A stretch of 62,301 nt of DNA, counting the filler, from Bipalium vagum (lineage: Eukaryota), in assembly GCA_037834085.1 (NCBI GenBank). It is 3 parts of 3 records of this genome, joined end to end, with 100 filler letters (N's around TTAATTAATTAA, not from the genome) between each part and the next. Parts side by side here need not be neighbours in the genome. Positions count along the whole stretch, not along the records: positions 22,506 to 44,798 come from JBBMKC010224117.1; 2 more parts are not named here. The stretch is one strand, 5' to 3'. The position numbers and the translations under genes were made by a program. The notes below the pieces were generated by a model that was given only the letters and a program-made list of their open reading frames with translations, did no database searches and had not been told where the DNA came from. Below are positions 25,560-38,199 of the stretch, piece after piece; position 1 is the first letter of the stretch, and every line of letters begins with the position of its first letter.

Positions 25560-26130
25560 ACCAACATATTGGCAACCATTTATTAAAGAAGATCAGACAC
25601 GTATATGCAGACGCTGTCATTCTGAGAATGAATCAATGAATCATGTGCTGCAAGTTTGCAAGATTAATCTTTTCCTATTTGGACAAAGACATGATATTTG
25701 TGTGGAAAAAATCTTCAATGAACTTCAAAGACCAGAACTGATTGTACAGAAAAATATACAATATCAAGAGGTTCATGACTCAAAAGGTACATGATCATTA
25801 CAAACGTAGAGAAGAAGATTATTTACTTGGTTGATATAAAATGTCCAATTGACCCTTTACGAAACTTTGATGTAAGTGATAATAAAAATATCGTAAGGTA
25901 TTCGGACTTGAAGAGAAAAATTAAACTGACAAAACCTGATTAAAAAATCCAATTGAACACGCTGATTATTGGATCTCTTGAGACAATAAATCCAGTTGCA
26001 ATAGACATTCTAATCAATATTAGAATTCAGAAAAGGAAATTAAGTGCACTCTTAAAGTCATGTGCAACATCAAATATTAAGCAATCGACAAAAATCTGGA
26101 ACCTCCATGCTACTGGATATTTGATTAACG
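25560..26130 (+). mobile_element. RLE-type (R2/R4/NeSL-like) non-LTR retrotransposon 3' fragment 1
   Basis: CCHC finger CRRCHSENESMNHVLQVC, then QRHD, ..IYLVDIKCP.., TLIIGSL and KIWNLH: restriction-like endonuclease architecture, frameshifted. Confidence 0.8.
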
Positions 26131-26199
26131 AGTTACTTTTCGGAAACAGGAACATAGATGAGACCACTATAATTCTCCAACAAGGGTTGTGTATTCACT

Positions 26200-26889
26200 A
26201 CCACAACAGATGGATGAGTCATGTGGGCCAAAGTCGGGTTTTGGGTTGTTCCTCAATGAGCGTTTGATCCAATAAAATCATGAGTACCAATACACTGCCT
26301 GCAGCGCATTGGTTTTTCATGATTAAATCACCGAGCAACAATTTGGCACTAAAGTTTCGTCCTCTGAACATTGTTAAGTGGAGAGATATCCATTGTAGAC
26401 TCTGCAAAACTATAGTAGAAACACAAGCCAATGTGCTAAATGATTGCCCCGCCCTCCTGCCCTCCCGCCTGCCCGGTCAAACCAACCAACCGCTAAACAT
26501 AATCACGTGTTAACTCTGTTGTTTAACTTTCTAAGGGACTCAGGATTAGACTTATACGTGGAGTGAAAACCACTCTGTATCCAAACCTAATTGTCAGACT
26601 CAAGGACAAGAAAGTTATCAGTCTCAACGATCTTAAAGGCCATATGATAAGCGTAGTAACTTCTCTGAAGGTCGTAAAAGAAACCATAAGAAATATGAAG
26701 GACTTGCAACCTCCAAAACAGTCAATATCTAAAAGATTAATCTCAAGTGCCTCGGCTCTTGGGATCCAGAGAATGATAAGGTCCTGGATGATAAAGGAAA
26801 AGGATATACATAGATTATCAACCGAAATGATTGTGTCCGTTAGCGCCCAATCATATCATATTTATCTACAATATGTAGTTAAGGGTTGA
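26200..26889 (+). mobile_element. RLE-type non-LTR retrotransposon 3' fragment 2
   Basis: CRLCKTIVETQANVLNDCP, then YPNLIVRLKDKKV (PD..D-like) and ..SYHIY terminus. The sequence is divergent from fragment 1. Confidence 0.65.
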
Positions 26890-26901
26890 CAATCTTAATA
26901 T

Positions 26902-28196
26902 ATCAGGTAACGAACTAAGTTTTTTCGTTTTTTCAGTTGTTTAAATTTGTTAGGCCCTGAGATTCTCATTTATCTATCAATGAAAATTTTCTATATTTTA
27001 GTTTGCTGCTTAAACATGTGTTTCAAATACACTGTATAATTAATGTTATTAACCATTATCTTCTGGAATAGGTGCTCCAAAAGGTCGGTGGACAAATCAC
27101 AAATTCGAGAAATTATTTATTACGAATGGAAAAATGACACAAACACAAATGAAACTGTCTCAAAACTTAACAAGCGGCTTGGTGAAGAAACAATGCATCT
27201 GCGAACCATGCAAAATTGGTTCAAAAAATTCAATAGTGGCGATTTTTCATTGGAAGACAAAGAGAGGTCTCGAAGGCCAAAAGAGTTAAAGGATTATCAA
27301 ATTATGAACCTTCTTGAACAAAACAGATCAATTAGTACTAAACAAATCGCTTATGAGTTAAATATGAGCAATAAGAAACCGACTGAAAGCGTTAGGATTC
27401 ACTTGTAAACTCGACAAATGGGTTCCCCACCAAGTAGCTGAGAAAAATAAGTTGGGTCGCATTGAAATTTGTTCAAGACTACTCGAAAGAAACTGAAATG
27501 ATCCTTTTCTCGACCGAATAGTCTCTTGCAATGAAAAGTGAATCTATCATGACAAGATAACCAGACGAAGATCGTGGTCGTTATATGGAGAGCCTCCAAA
27601 AAAAATTGAAAAACAAAACCTTACTTGAAACAAGGTTCTTTTATGCATTTGGTGGGATTCTCGTGGAATTATTTATCAGGAGTTTCTCAAACCGGGGAAA
27701 CCATTAATTTTGATGTCTATTGTGACATGCTACGAAGAGTTCATACCAATATGAAGGAAAACCGAAGCAGTTTGAAATACCGAAAAAAGTGATTTCCCAC
27801 CAAGATAATGCCAAGTCTCACAAATCAATTGAGACATTGAAGGTTATTCAGGAATTGAACTGAACCCTAATGGAACATCCGCCATATAGTCCTGATATCG
27901 CCCCATTCGATTTCTATTTGTTCAGGGTATTACAGAATCACTTGATGGGTAAAATTGTTAAAAGTTCCAAAGGTATTTAGAATGAGGTACTTTCTTTCAT
28001 TCAAAAGATCGAGATTTCTTTAATACTATGATCAATAAACTTCTATATAGATGGGAGGCAGTAATAGAAAAAGATGGGGAATATCTTGATGATTAATTGT
28101 TTAATAATGTTTTATGATTAATAAATTAAATTTAACTGATTCAGTCTTAGTTTAGTATTTAATTATAAAACGAAAAAACTTAGTTCGTTACCTGAT
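26902..28196 (+). mobile_element. Full-length defective mariner element
   Basis: Perfect 30-bp TIRs atcaggtaacgaactaagttttttcgtttt. HTH ORF (QNWFKKFNSGDFSLEDKERSRRP) plus WVPH, HQDNAKSH and HPPYSPDIAPFDFYLF motifs, with disablements. Confidence 0.95.
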
Positions 28197-29269
28197 TAAA
28201 AGTACTTTTTCTCTCTATTATCATCATAATACATATTATATTAAGTAGAGCATCACTTATTACAATTAATTAATAAGAGAAACATAAAAACAAACTTTAT
28301 TAACTTAAGTAATCACAATCTTCTTAAACTATCTAATTTTAAGATTTTAATAAAACCACCTTTAATAAAAAAAATCTTCTCTTAATGAAAACTTTATAAA
28401 TTTTTTATGTAAAATAACTTTAAAAAAAAATTTCTAATTCTTTAAAAACTTCGTTAACCTAAATAACTGAAACCATAACAAATTATGTATTATATATGTT
28501 TCTTTTTATACGGTATTTTTCTCAAAATGTTCTTTTTTTATTATTCTATATATGTTATAAAATTTTAAAAAACGTAATTCTATCCAGGGCTTAGTAGTTT
28601 GACCCCCAAGGCTCAGGTTGAGAAAAATGGTCAATAATTAACCCTCAATGAATGAGTCAAGGAATTGTAGCCTGATTCATTCGTTCATCTACACGGCAAT
28701 ATCCTGAATTAACCAAACAGAAAGGCTAAAGACAGGAGGGTGAAAAGGGATATAACAATGGGATTTTCTTTTCTTGAACATATGGTATTTTATGTGTGTA
28801 AAAACTTTTTATATTGAAGAGTGGACTTTACTTTTATTCCTAAAAGAGTTAGTAAATTTTTCTGAATGGCTTATTCACAAGAAAAATTAACACAAAAAAA
28901 AGTCACTAAGATATTTCGAAAACTCATATATAAGGTCTTTGTTTTTATTTTAAAGTTTTTGTGATGATTTTAATTTTATGACTTAGGATATTTTTCGGAA
29001 TAACTAGGGACTGGTGTGTTAAGGGAGTTGTGAATTCTCCCTTCTAGACTCAAATAAGTTTTTTTGTATTGGTTTTCTTTTTATGTGTAAATGATGAATA
29101 TGTTAAATGTTTTGTGTTCTGCGCTACCAAAGATTGGTGAAGAACAAACGAAGACAAAAATGCAAAGATGACAAAAAAAAGAGTGAAATAAACTAAGTAA
29201 AGATCAAAAAGAAATGAAAAAGAAGACGGTGAAAAAGTGTTGCTTTTATTTTTGCGGCATTAATGGTTT

Positions 29270-29830
29270 TTGATTGTTTCCATCCTCTATAATTTTAATC
29301 AGTGGTGTACAGTGGTGGATTCACGTTTCATCCATAGTACCTAAACGGTGCATAGAATCTGTTTTATTATGATTAAATCGATCCACACATAATTGAGAAA
29401 ATTGCATGCGAATGAGCTTAACATTGATTTTTAGCAGATGCAGCACCTATCTTGCACAAAGGTTTTTTCATCTTTAAATTTTCATGAAAATATGTCAAAC
29501 TCACTTAACTGAAATTTTAGTAGCAGAACCTATTTTTCACACCTTTATCCATTGATCATCCGACACCATTGATTTCTTGAATGATTTGTGATGTCGCAGT
29601 TTTTTGAGCTTCCACTGTATGGCTCATCCTCAATTATCATATATCCACGTCTCAAGTACAAAGCCCACCTATGAATTGTTGATAAAGAAGGAGCAACGTC
29701 TCTTAATACTTTGACCATCTTTGTATAGATTTCTGTTGTGAATAATCCTTCTAGGATAAAGAATTTTATGATCAATGGATAGTCAATTTTGTTTCATTTT
29801 ACAATGAATGCCGCCAAGTCAAATTAAAAT
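29270..29830 (-). mobile_element. mariner fragment
   Basis: IIKFFILEGL..TIHRWA..EDEPYSG (HTH) and TMDET*IHH. Confidence 0.8.
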
Positions 29831-29989
29831 ACGTAATTTAAACAAATTAGTTTAAAAATTGAAATGGTATTATAAAGATCAAATATTAAAATGGGTTACA
29901 CACTTTTGACTTATTGTTAATTGAGTCACACGCTTTCAAAACTTTCCGAACAACTTTCGTAATTTAAAATTATAAAAAATTTCAGAAAA

Positions 29990-31560
29990 GTTGCATGAAT
30001 TCCAAATTGGCTCCAAAAGCAATAAGAAACCAGAAAAGGAAGAGTCAAAGAGCCACAGAATGTGACAAACTTGCAAGTTTTGAAAAACTCCAAGTAAAAT
30101 ATAATATTCTTACACCAGAACTTCATGATGTTCAGTTGGAAACACTTATTCATTTAGATCCATTGAAAAGCAAATGGAAAGTTGTGAGAGTTATCAATGT
30201 GGATTGTGTATAGTTCCTCGACATTTAAATAAAATTGAAATAGATACCTTTAAACAGAAATATTTCCTTTCTTGATGTGCTATAATGAATATTCTTAACA
30301 ATTTCCAAAATCAGTGATGTACTCGAAAAAGATTTTTTTGTGGTCTGCCAATTATCTCATTCATCACAAGTTTCTGAATGAGAAACTAACTACCGACGGG
30401 TTTGTCCAAGAAATAAATGTAAAACGTCATCATAAAGGTACATAAAATTTTGTAATTTTGTATATGAAATACTTGATCATGCTCCATACTAACAGGATCT
30501 GGGTTCAATAACGGATTTTAGTTTTTGCAAGCAATTGGGGATTTGTATTCGTGAAGAATGCTAAAAAACAAGGAAGGTGTAAAATCGACTTTCAGAATTT
30601 TTCATTTGTAGAAGTACATGGTGTTTCATAATTAGCGCAAAATTTAAAAATACTATTATCATATTTTAACTATAATGCATCAAACGTGGATATTATATAT
30701 TTCAAAATATACACCAATATATGGGATTTTTTTACGTAATCATTAATCTTTCGGTTTTAAACTTTAGATGGATACTGCAGCGTGCATTGAAATTATTAGA
30801 ATTTTTACATTTCTGGAGAAAGCCCAAGGACAACCATACGTGCATACAAATCAGATCACACGGCCCTAGATTTTTAGTTTAGCGGTCTAATAAAAGTCAG
30901 AGTTTATCATAGTTATATTCTTGTGCTGTCACTTTTAATAACAATATAAGATCAAATCAATAATTATAAATTTCATTAAATCTGATTACTCAAACAAACT
31001 TTTCAAACTGGACTTCATCTTCTTTTAAAATTAAATTATTTACTTTATAAAATTTACCAACATTTATTTAAATATTTAATAAACCGTAACTTAATAATTT
31101 TTAAAAACTTTAAATTAAAAACATTTAATAATTGTTTAATAATATGCAACTATTTATTTGAATCACTCCTTATAATCATCATGAGAAACCTTCAACTGTG
31201 GATGAACTGAAAACACGAATTACACAGGAATGTGCTAAAGTCAGTGATGTATTTTTATGCCGTTGGAATAATGCTGCTTACCTCCCGCTAATAAAAGTGT
31301 CTGCATTCCAAAGCATTATATTTTTATTAAAAATTTTCTTAAACTGAGTTACTGCATTTCAAAGTATTTGCAAAAAACCGGCCAGTATTCTTGTACCAAT
31401 CTAACCCATTAGTTAAATATGAATTACATTTTTTCATGTAATTTTGTAAAGTTTTAAAGTTTGGGAAAAGTGTATGAAATTTTCTTTCCACATTTTTATG
31501 GATAAACCTCAGCAAAATGAAATGTCTGCACTCTGTCAATTACGAGAAATGCTGTCTTCA
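29990..31560. mobile_element. Highly decayed Tc1/mariner fragments
   Basis: + strand ILDHAPY*QDL (~30470) and PSTVDELKTRITQEC (~31190); - strand HTH-like VERKFHTLFPN (~31480). Confidence 0.5.
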
Positions 31561-32189
31561 TCAAGATTATCTTTGTGATTATTTTATGTTATATGATTAC
31601 CTTTATCAGATGAATTTGTTGAACCTATTCCTATGGTCTATGAGAAATAAAAGCAGAACCACTATGAAATTATTTCATGGAACGACATTTATGTAGTTTT
31701 TGTAATGGAAACATTCAACGAGAAATAAGCTGATTATTGTAATTATTATGGAATTTCGGTGTTTGGATTCAATAAACTATCGGATGGCATCTCCTGGGAA
31801 TATCCTTTTTTTCTCTTCAAGTTTTCCAGTTGTTTTTCTTGGCCCAAAACTGTTAGCTAGCTTATATTTAAAACTATTGCAAATTCCGAGTTGTTTTTGT
31901 TGCAAATATACCTTAACCAACTCTTTCAAAATGTTGTTCATTGTATATAGACGTCAGTAGATAGGAAAGTAATAAACGCGGCCAACAACCCAACAACGTA
32001 AAACTATTGTGTTTCCTCAATCACCTTTTTTCTTCTATTTCAATTTTTCATGATAAAAAATGTTTCTTAAATACTGGGTTGTCGATCGCGTTTATTACTT
32101 CTCCATCTATTACTTTTATCACACCCCCTCATCATCATAAAACACAAATATATATAAAATATTACTATAAAAATAAATGATACCAAACT

Positions 32190-33010
32190 GGAAGCTTTTT
32201 ATTGTGATATTTGTAATCAATATTTTAAAGCGAAATAAGCTTTAATATCTCATAAAAAATCAAAAGAACATTTAAATAAAATACACTAATTAATAATCAA
32301 ATAACCTTATTTGATGAATCACCTCAACATCAAACTCGACCAGCCATTCTTTCTCTTCTTAGGTTAGACCATATATATTATTCAATCAATTTATTTTCTT
32401 TAAAAGATGATAAAAAATAGTATTGTGAATTTTGTAAAAAATATATCTCTAAAAATTTCATTATGAAGATACAATAAACCATGAAAAACTAGACAATGAA
32501 AATACAAAGACAATAAAAAACGAAAAAACGATAAAAAGCAACGATTAAAAAGTGGAACATAAGAGCAAAAAAGAAGTTTTTAATATTCAAGATTTTCAAC
32601 AAAATACTCAATTAAATAAGAGATTCACAATCAGTAATTACAAATAATAATTTTTAAAATAAATTTACAACAGGAAGACATCCAGGAGAATTACATTTGA
32701 AATTTTTTAACAAAACAAATGTTACACACTAATTTACGGAACCTAGGTCGTATATTGATAAAAATTTAGACAACTTTGATGAAAAAATAAGTAATTGTGA
32801 AACAGAATTGAATATTCTCCAAATTCCTACATTCTATTCCAATAAACAGAATAGACCAAGCAGTAATGAAATATGATGTAAAATATATGTTAACAGATTT
32901 ACAAGATTGTCAAGTTTCCTATGTTAAAATTATTCATGAAATGAACATTATTCAAAATCTAACTTCAAGAGAAAAATTTGAAAGAGATTTAGTAAAATTA
33001 ATCATGAGGA
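32190..33010 (+). pseudogene. Decayed Zn-finger and parvovirus-type phospholipase A2 (PLA2X-like) gene within the Polinton
   Basis: FYCDICNQYFKAK*ALISHKKSKEH (matrin/U1-type finger). RHPGELHL..H*FTEPRS resembles the Y.F.GPG calcium loop, and PINRIDQAVMKYDVKY resembles P.N.LD.AA..HD..Y. Confidence 0.65.
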
Positions 33011-33149
33011 CAAGGTCGTCTTCAACTTAGGAGAATTACATCCTCCAGCTGCCATAGATCTAGAATGAAGGAGTTGCAAAAATATTGCTAATGAAAAACT
33101 ATTTGAAAAATGAAAAGAATTAGAACCAGAAAATTGAAACAAAATTAAC

Positions 33150-33950
33150 AAATACATTTTATAAAGAATTTTTAAAACCAAAATAGTATCTTAAAGTTAA
33201 GGTTTTTAATAAAGATGATATTTGTAGTGCATATTTAACCTTTGTACCATGGGAGAAAGATAATAAAAGAATATTCACAGTTATTAATTTATTAAAAGAT
33301 ATGGTTTTGCTATAACTTTAAAAAATAAAACTGGAAAATCTATAACAGATACCTTCGATGAAATATTCTAAGACTACCTAAAAAATTTTGGTTGATAAAT
33401 GGTACTGAATTTTACAATAGAATATTTGAGTATTTTTGTGGTGATAATGAAATAGAAAATTATTTAACAGAGAATGATGGGAAAACTAATGTCATAGACA
33501 GATTTAATTAAATTTTGAAAAATATGATGTTTTGAAATGTACAGAATAAGGAAAGAAAAAGTGGTTTTATCTTTTACCTCAATTAGTTAATTTTTATGAC
33601 AATAATATTCATAGAATAATTGCTATTTCTCATAATGAAGCATCCAACGAAGTTGTCAGAGCCTTCAGTTAATCAAGGAAAGCTGTCAAAGCTTTCAGTC
33701 AATCCCATGAAGGTAGCAGAAAAAATTGACCGTTTGAAACTGAAAAGAAAATTCAATATAGGTGATAAGGTTCGAAATATAAAAGAATAATTTAAATATA
33801 AAAATAAATTAATAAAAAAGGTTTCACAATAAAATAAACAGAACAAATATTTATTATAAATGAAGTTTATTATATAAATCCAATTGCTTATGGAACTATT
33901 GGCATAAATGGTGATAAATTATTAAATACATTTTATTGAAAATGAGTTGG
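33150..33950 (+). pseudogene. Decayed Polinton-type retroviral-like integrase
   Basis: LKNKTGKSITDTF..PKKFWVDK/GTEFYN..VIDRFN*ILKNMM..KW..LPQLVNFYDNNIHRII..KFNIGDKVR..EQIFII..FY: the full rve core plus the Polinton integrase C-terminus, with many stops and frameshifts. Confidence 0.85.
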
Positions 33951-34210
33951 AGTGATTTTATTTGAAAAGTATTGATAATACTGGGTGGGTTGAAATTCGG
34001 CTTGTTCCAGTTTTTTTATATGGGTCAAACCAAAGGTCATTTTAGATATAAGTATTTAATTTAATTTATTATGTTTTTAGATATTTAAAATATTTTAGAT
34101 ATGAAAGTTTATGGCGCTCTTTAGGACCAAATTTATAAATGTATTATTCTGGAATATTGAAAGAAATATCAATAAGTAAGGAAATTTTATTGAAATATTA
34201 CAAAATACAA

Positions 34211-34560
34211 TTATAGATAAAAGTTATTCCACAAATCATTGCTATTTTTTCGTCTACATATGAATTCCAATAAGTGAGGTGCAATAAAACTGGTCATATT
34301 TATTATTGTTGTCTGTGGAACTTGGCATATCAAAAGATATGATAGTAACAGAAATTCGTGAGCTTTTACATTTCTTTTTTCCAAAGCAGTGTTTCGGAAA
34401 ATACGAATTTCTTTTTGACATATTTTACTGTAGCACCTATAAGATTTCCTTTTTAGGTTTATGGCTACAATTTGATCACAATCACAGCGGTTGTGGGTTG
34501 TAATTATCTGCTTTTCAATTAAGTAACTAATAGCATTCTTCGGATGAAAAAATAACAAAA
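34211..34560 (-). mobile_element. Merlin transposase N-terminal fragment nested in the Polinton
   Basis: AISYLIEKQII..RCDC..SYRCYSKICQKEIRIFRNT..LLLSYL matches the Merlin Zn-ribbon region. Confidence 0.7.
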
Positions 34561-34625
34561 AGATCTAAAATTTTGGGAATTGATAGATTCATTTTACTAA
34601 AATTTAAATAAAATTTTTGATAATA

Positions 34626-34855
34626 TCAGGCTGTGTAGTATGAAATTTTTAAAATGAAAAACAATGTTTTTTAATAAATTACAAATAAAAGAAACTAAGA
34701 TTTATACTTTTTCAGATTAAAATATTTTCAAACAAGACATATATATAATTTACAAACGCAAAAAACAGAATGGTAAAATATCAAGCCGATACCAAATAAA
34801 CAACAATTAAAGTTAGCAATTTCATTACCTACAAATTTCATACTATACAACCTGA
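34626..34855. mobile_element. mariner-derived MITE (230 bp) nested in the Polinton
   Basis: TA|tcaggctgtgtagtatgaaattt ... aaatttcatactatacaacctga|TA. The TIR resembles that of the mariner at 22512. Confidence 0.85.
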
Positions 34856-35491
34856 TACAATCTCTATTTAGACTTACATTGCGAGGTTTTTCAAAAAATA
34901 TTTTTGAAGTTTTAAAAAATCTAAAAATTTACTATGATTAAATTATTGTATTTAAACAAAATGGGAGTAAACAAAATTTACTCCACTGGGTGAGTTAAAT
35001 AAAATATTCATTTATATTAGTAATATTATATTTCTATTAATAAAAATAATAATTATATTTCACATTATCATCTAATATATTTAATTCATAATATTATTCT
35101 GAGCATAAAGACAATTTTAATTTTTTATGGTGCCTAGCATTTAATATTTATATTTTAAATATTTTTAAAGGTTATGGTTTAAAATTTTTACAAGTATTTA
35201 AAGTCCTGTTGCATTTCATATTGATTTATTAAATACTGACATGTTTTTTGGGTATTATGATGTTTTAAAACATTATAAAAATAGTTAATTAAAATCGGTC
35301 AAGGTTTTTTCAATTTTGTTTACCTGAATTTTATTTCAGCTAAAAACGTTGACTGTTTTAATTGGATAATAAATTTGTTAGTGTTATTAATGATGATTGT
35401 AAGTGTTACTTTTTAAGGCACTCGCAGTGAAGTATGTGCATCAATGTAAAAATCTTTAATTTCGAGCTATCATTTTAAATATTTAGTTATT

Positions 35492-35529
<38 letters not shown>

Positions 35530-36779
35530 TATATTAGTTATTTATATAATATAATATTTAATTTTTGATGACGAGGGGTATGTGATGTAAGAAGATGAAG
35601 TAATAAGGTGATCGACAACCCAATAATTAAGAAACATGTTTCATTATGAACAGCTGAAATGAATCGTAGAAAGGTAGTTGAGGAAGCGTGACCGCTTTGG
35701 TTGTTCGCCGCAATTATTACTTTCCATCTATTGACGTCCACGACTTTTTCATTTCGTATTTCTTGATAAACATAAATGAGCTACGTTGACACTACAAATG
35801 GCCCCGTTTACGACTCATTGGAATGTTTTGAATTCGCATAGCAAAATCGCTCCTAAAATTATTATATTATATTATTATTATATTATATATATTATATCAA
35901 ATTTTGAAATCTTCAATAAAAATGGGGATTTATCAATTAATATTAAAACAAAGACCGCATAAAAATATATTTATATAAATTTGACTCGTTATTAGGCATT
36001 TCATTTAATAATTCCTTGGATACCGTGAATAAATTAGCAAAATGGAAAAATAAAATCAGAAAATTTGATTTTGGATAAAAATAATTTTCTGTCTGTGTTT
36101 ATTTTCTGACGACGAATTAATTTCAGGAAAAATTGAGCTTTGCTGCGTCATATATTAAAAGTCAAAAGAACTTGTTATTAATTTTCTGGTGCAATTTTAT
36201 TGATTTAATAAAAATAATTCGACTGAATCAATTTACGAATAATTGTATTAGTTATCTTTTAATTATGTTCAGTTTTTCAAAGCAATAAGCTTTGGAAAAA
36301 AAATTTTTTTTAAGTGTGACCATAAACAGAATCTCGTATTTGAAACAAGGTTTCACAATCTTTGACAATTAAATTCAGGAAGTATAAACTATTTCTGGAT
36401 TATTCAAAGACTTAGAAAGGCTGTGGAATAAGCTATAGACCAAATTAAACTAAAGACCCAAAGGGGTAAAATCACCAAGAATTGGAATTCGAATCGTGTC
36501 TCTGCATAGTTGCTTCAGAGTCCCTTTCACCGTTGTCCATTTTCCTGAACGAATCTAACGTATTTTCACTAAGTTCTAAATTCAATGTATTTATACTTTG
36601 TTCTTGACAGCGATGACAATTAATGTAAAAACATTATTTTGAAAAGAAATGTAATTAGAATAAGAAATGTACTTAGAATGAAATCTTGTCACATGATACA
36701 AATGAGTTCAACTTAGAAAACACAATATCAAGTAAGTATCTGATTTTGAAATGTTACACAGTAAAATATATCCAGCATA

Positions 36780-37960
36780 CGACTTCAAATTGTTGAACCA
36801 CTAACCTTTATTTATTCAAATTAAATATTTCTGTTCACAATGACCAGTAACTTTATTACGCTTATGTAGATGGATGACGTCATATTTTATTGAAATATCC
36901 CTCGGCTATAAGAGATATTTGTCACCAAATATTATTAAAACAGTTTTAAATAATAGCAGCTTAAGGACATTGTTTACGATGCAAGTTGAATTTCACCAAG
37001 TTATTCGTTTTTTGTTTCTAGGGAAGACAGAAAAGCGATATTCAGCTACGTAGATCATATGGAAATAAAGCTCCACACAAGGCTACTACTTTTACCTAGA
37101 TCAGTGAGCTTCCAGAAAATATGTGCTTGATGAAGAAAGATTTGAACAACCATATGAAACTGAAGAAAAGAAACTAGAGAAATTAAGCATTGTTGAGAAA
37201 TGAGAAAAATGGATTACTCAAAGAGAAATTTATTAACATGTGAAGAAAAAATTATAGAACATACTGGAGAATATTGGGAATAGAAAATTATGAATTCGAT
37301 TCAGTCCAATTTTTTGACATCAGATATGTGAGAAAAGCAAATGCAAGCCTGCCAAGAAGACATGGCTCCATTCCATGCTCTTGGAAAGATTTTTTTGAAG
37401 AATATTAAAACGGAAAATGAAACGCCTTTGAATGTGTATGTACTGTACAGCAAGTTGAATTTCGTGAATTGGTTAAATTATTCAGAGGAAGCCACCAAAA
37501 ATATTTTGTTCAAAGATATTTAATCGAGATAGTCTTATGCTTAGTGTGTTTTGAGATGAGAAGAGGTGTAATCATAACCGATCTTACTCAGGAATTCAAC
37601 TACCACAGCATACTTGTTAGTGCTGTGAGAAAGTTGCGGTAGAAGCCAAAAAGCAAGAGCTTTTCTTTTGCATGACAAAGCTCCAGTTCACACATATCGC
37701 CAATATACAAAAAGACTCTTAGATAACTAAGATAATGGTTCCATCAATTTTTTTCAGATTAATGTTTACGCAGATTTATAACGTTGATTTCCTACATGTC
37801 AAGAATGGTATTTGTTTACCATGGATTTTGATTTAATTATGAAGATAATAAGCAAAATAAGAATAGTATACCACTTATCATAAAACTTTCCATTTCAATT
37901 GTTGCAAGGTTGTTTAAACTACTGATCGAAGGTGAAGTATTATAATAAATTGATATTAAC
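36780..37960 (+). mobile_element. Decayed mariner
   Basis: MQVEFHQVIRFLF (~36979), FLKNIKTENET and LLHDKAPVH motifs. Confidence 0.7.
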
Positions 37961-38199
37961 TGTCAATATCATATAACTGTGTATATAATACTGCTTTGCG
38001 ATCTCTAAGAATACTTAACAATTAAGGTGTAATTATTTTTTAACGATTTTGAAGTGATAATAGTGTCATCAGAGTATTCCGCTGACAATTTGGATAATCG
38101 ATATAATTGTTATTCGAACATTGTATTGATAACTTGATAATTGATACCATTGTTATTCTGTATGTATTAATTTTTTGTGATACATATAAAATGAAAACG

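Larger units (their letters stand above)
31956..35732 (+). mobile_element. Internally deleted Polinton/Maverick (adintovirus-like) element with long TIRs
   Basis: Left end ~31956-32142 and right end ~35562-35732 are inverted homologues beginning AGTAGAT/AATAGAT. Both are flanked by GACGTC (31950-31955, 35733-35738). Interior carries decayed Zn-finger, PLA2-like and Polinton-type integrase coding sequence. Confidence 0.8.

Noticed and set aside
35538-35741. 67-aa minus-strand ORF as a small gene
   Set aside because: It coincides with the right TIR of the Polinton relic.
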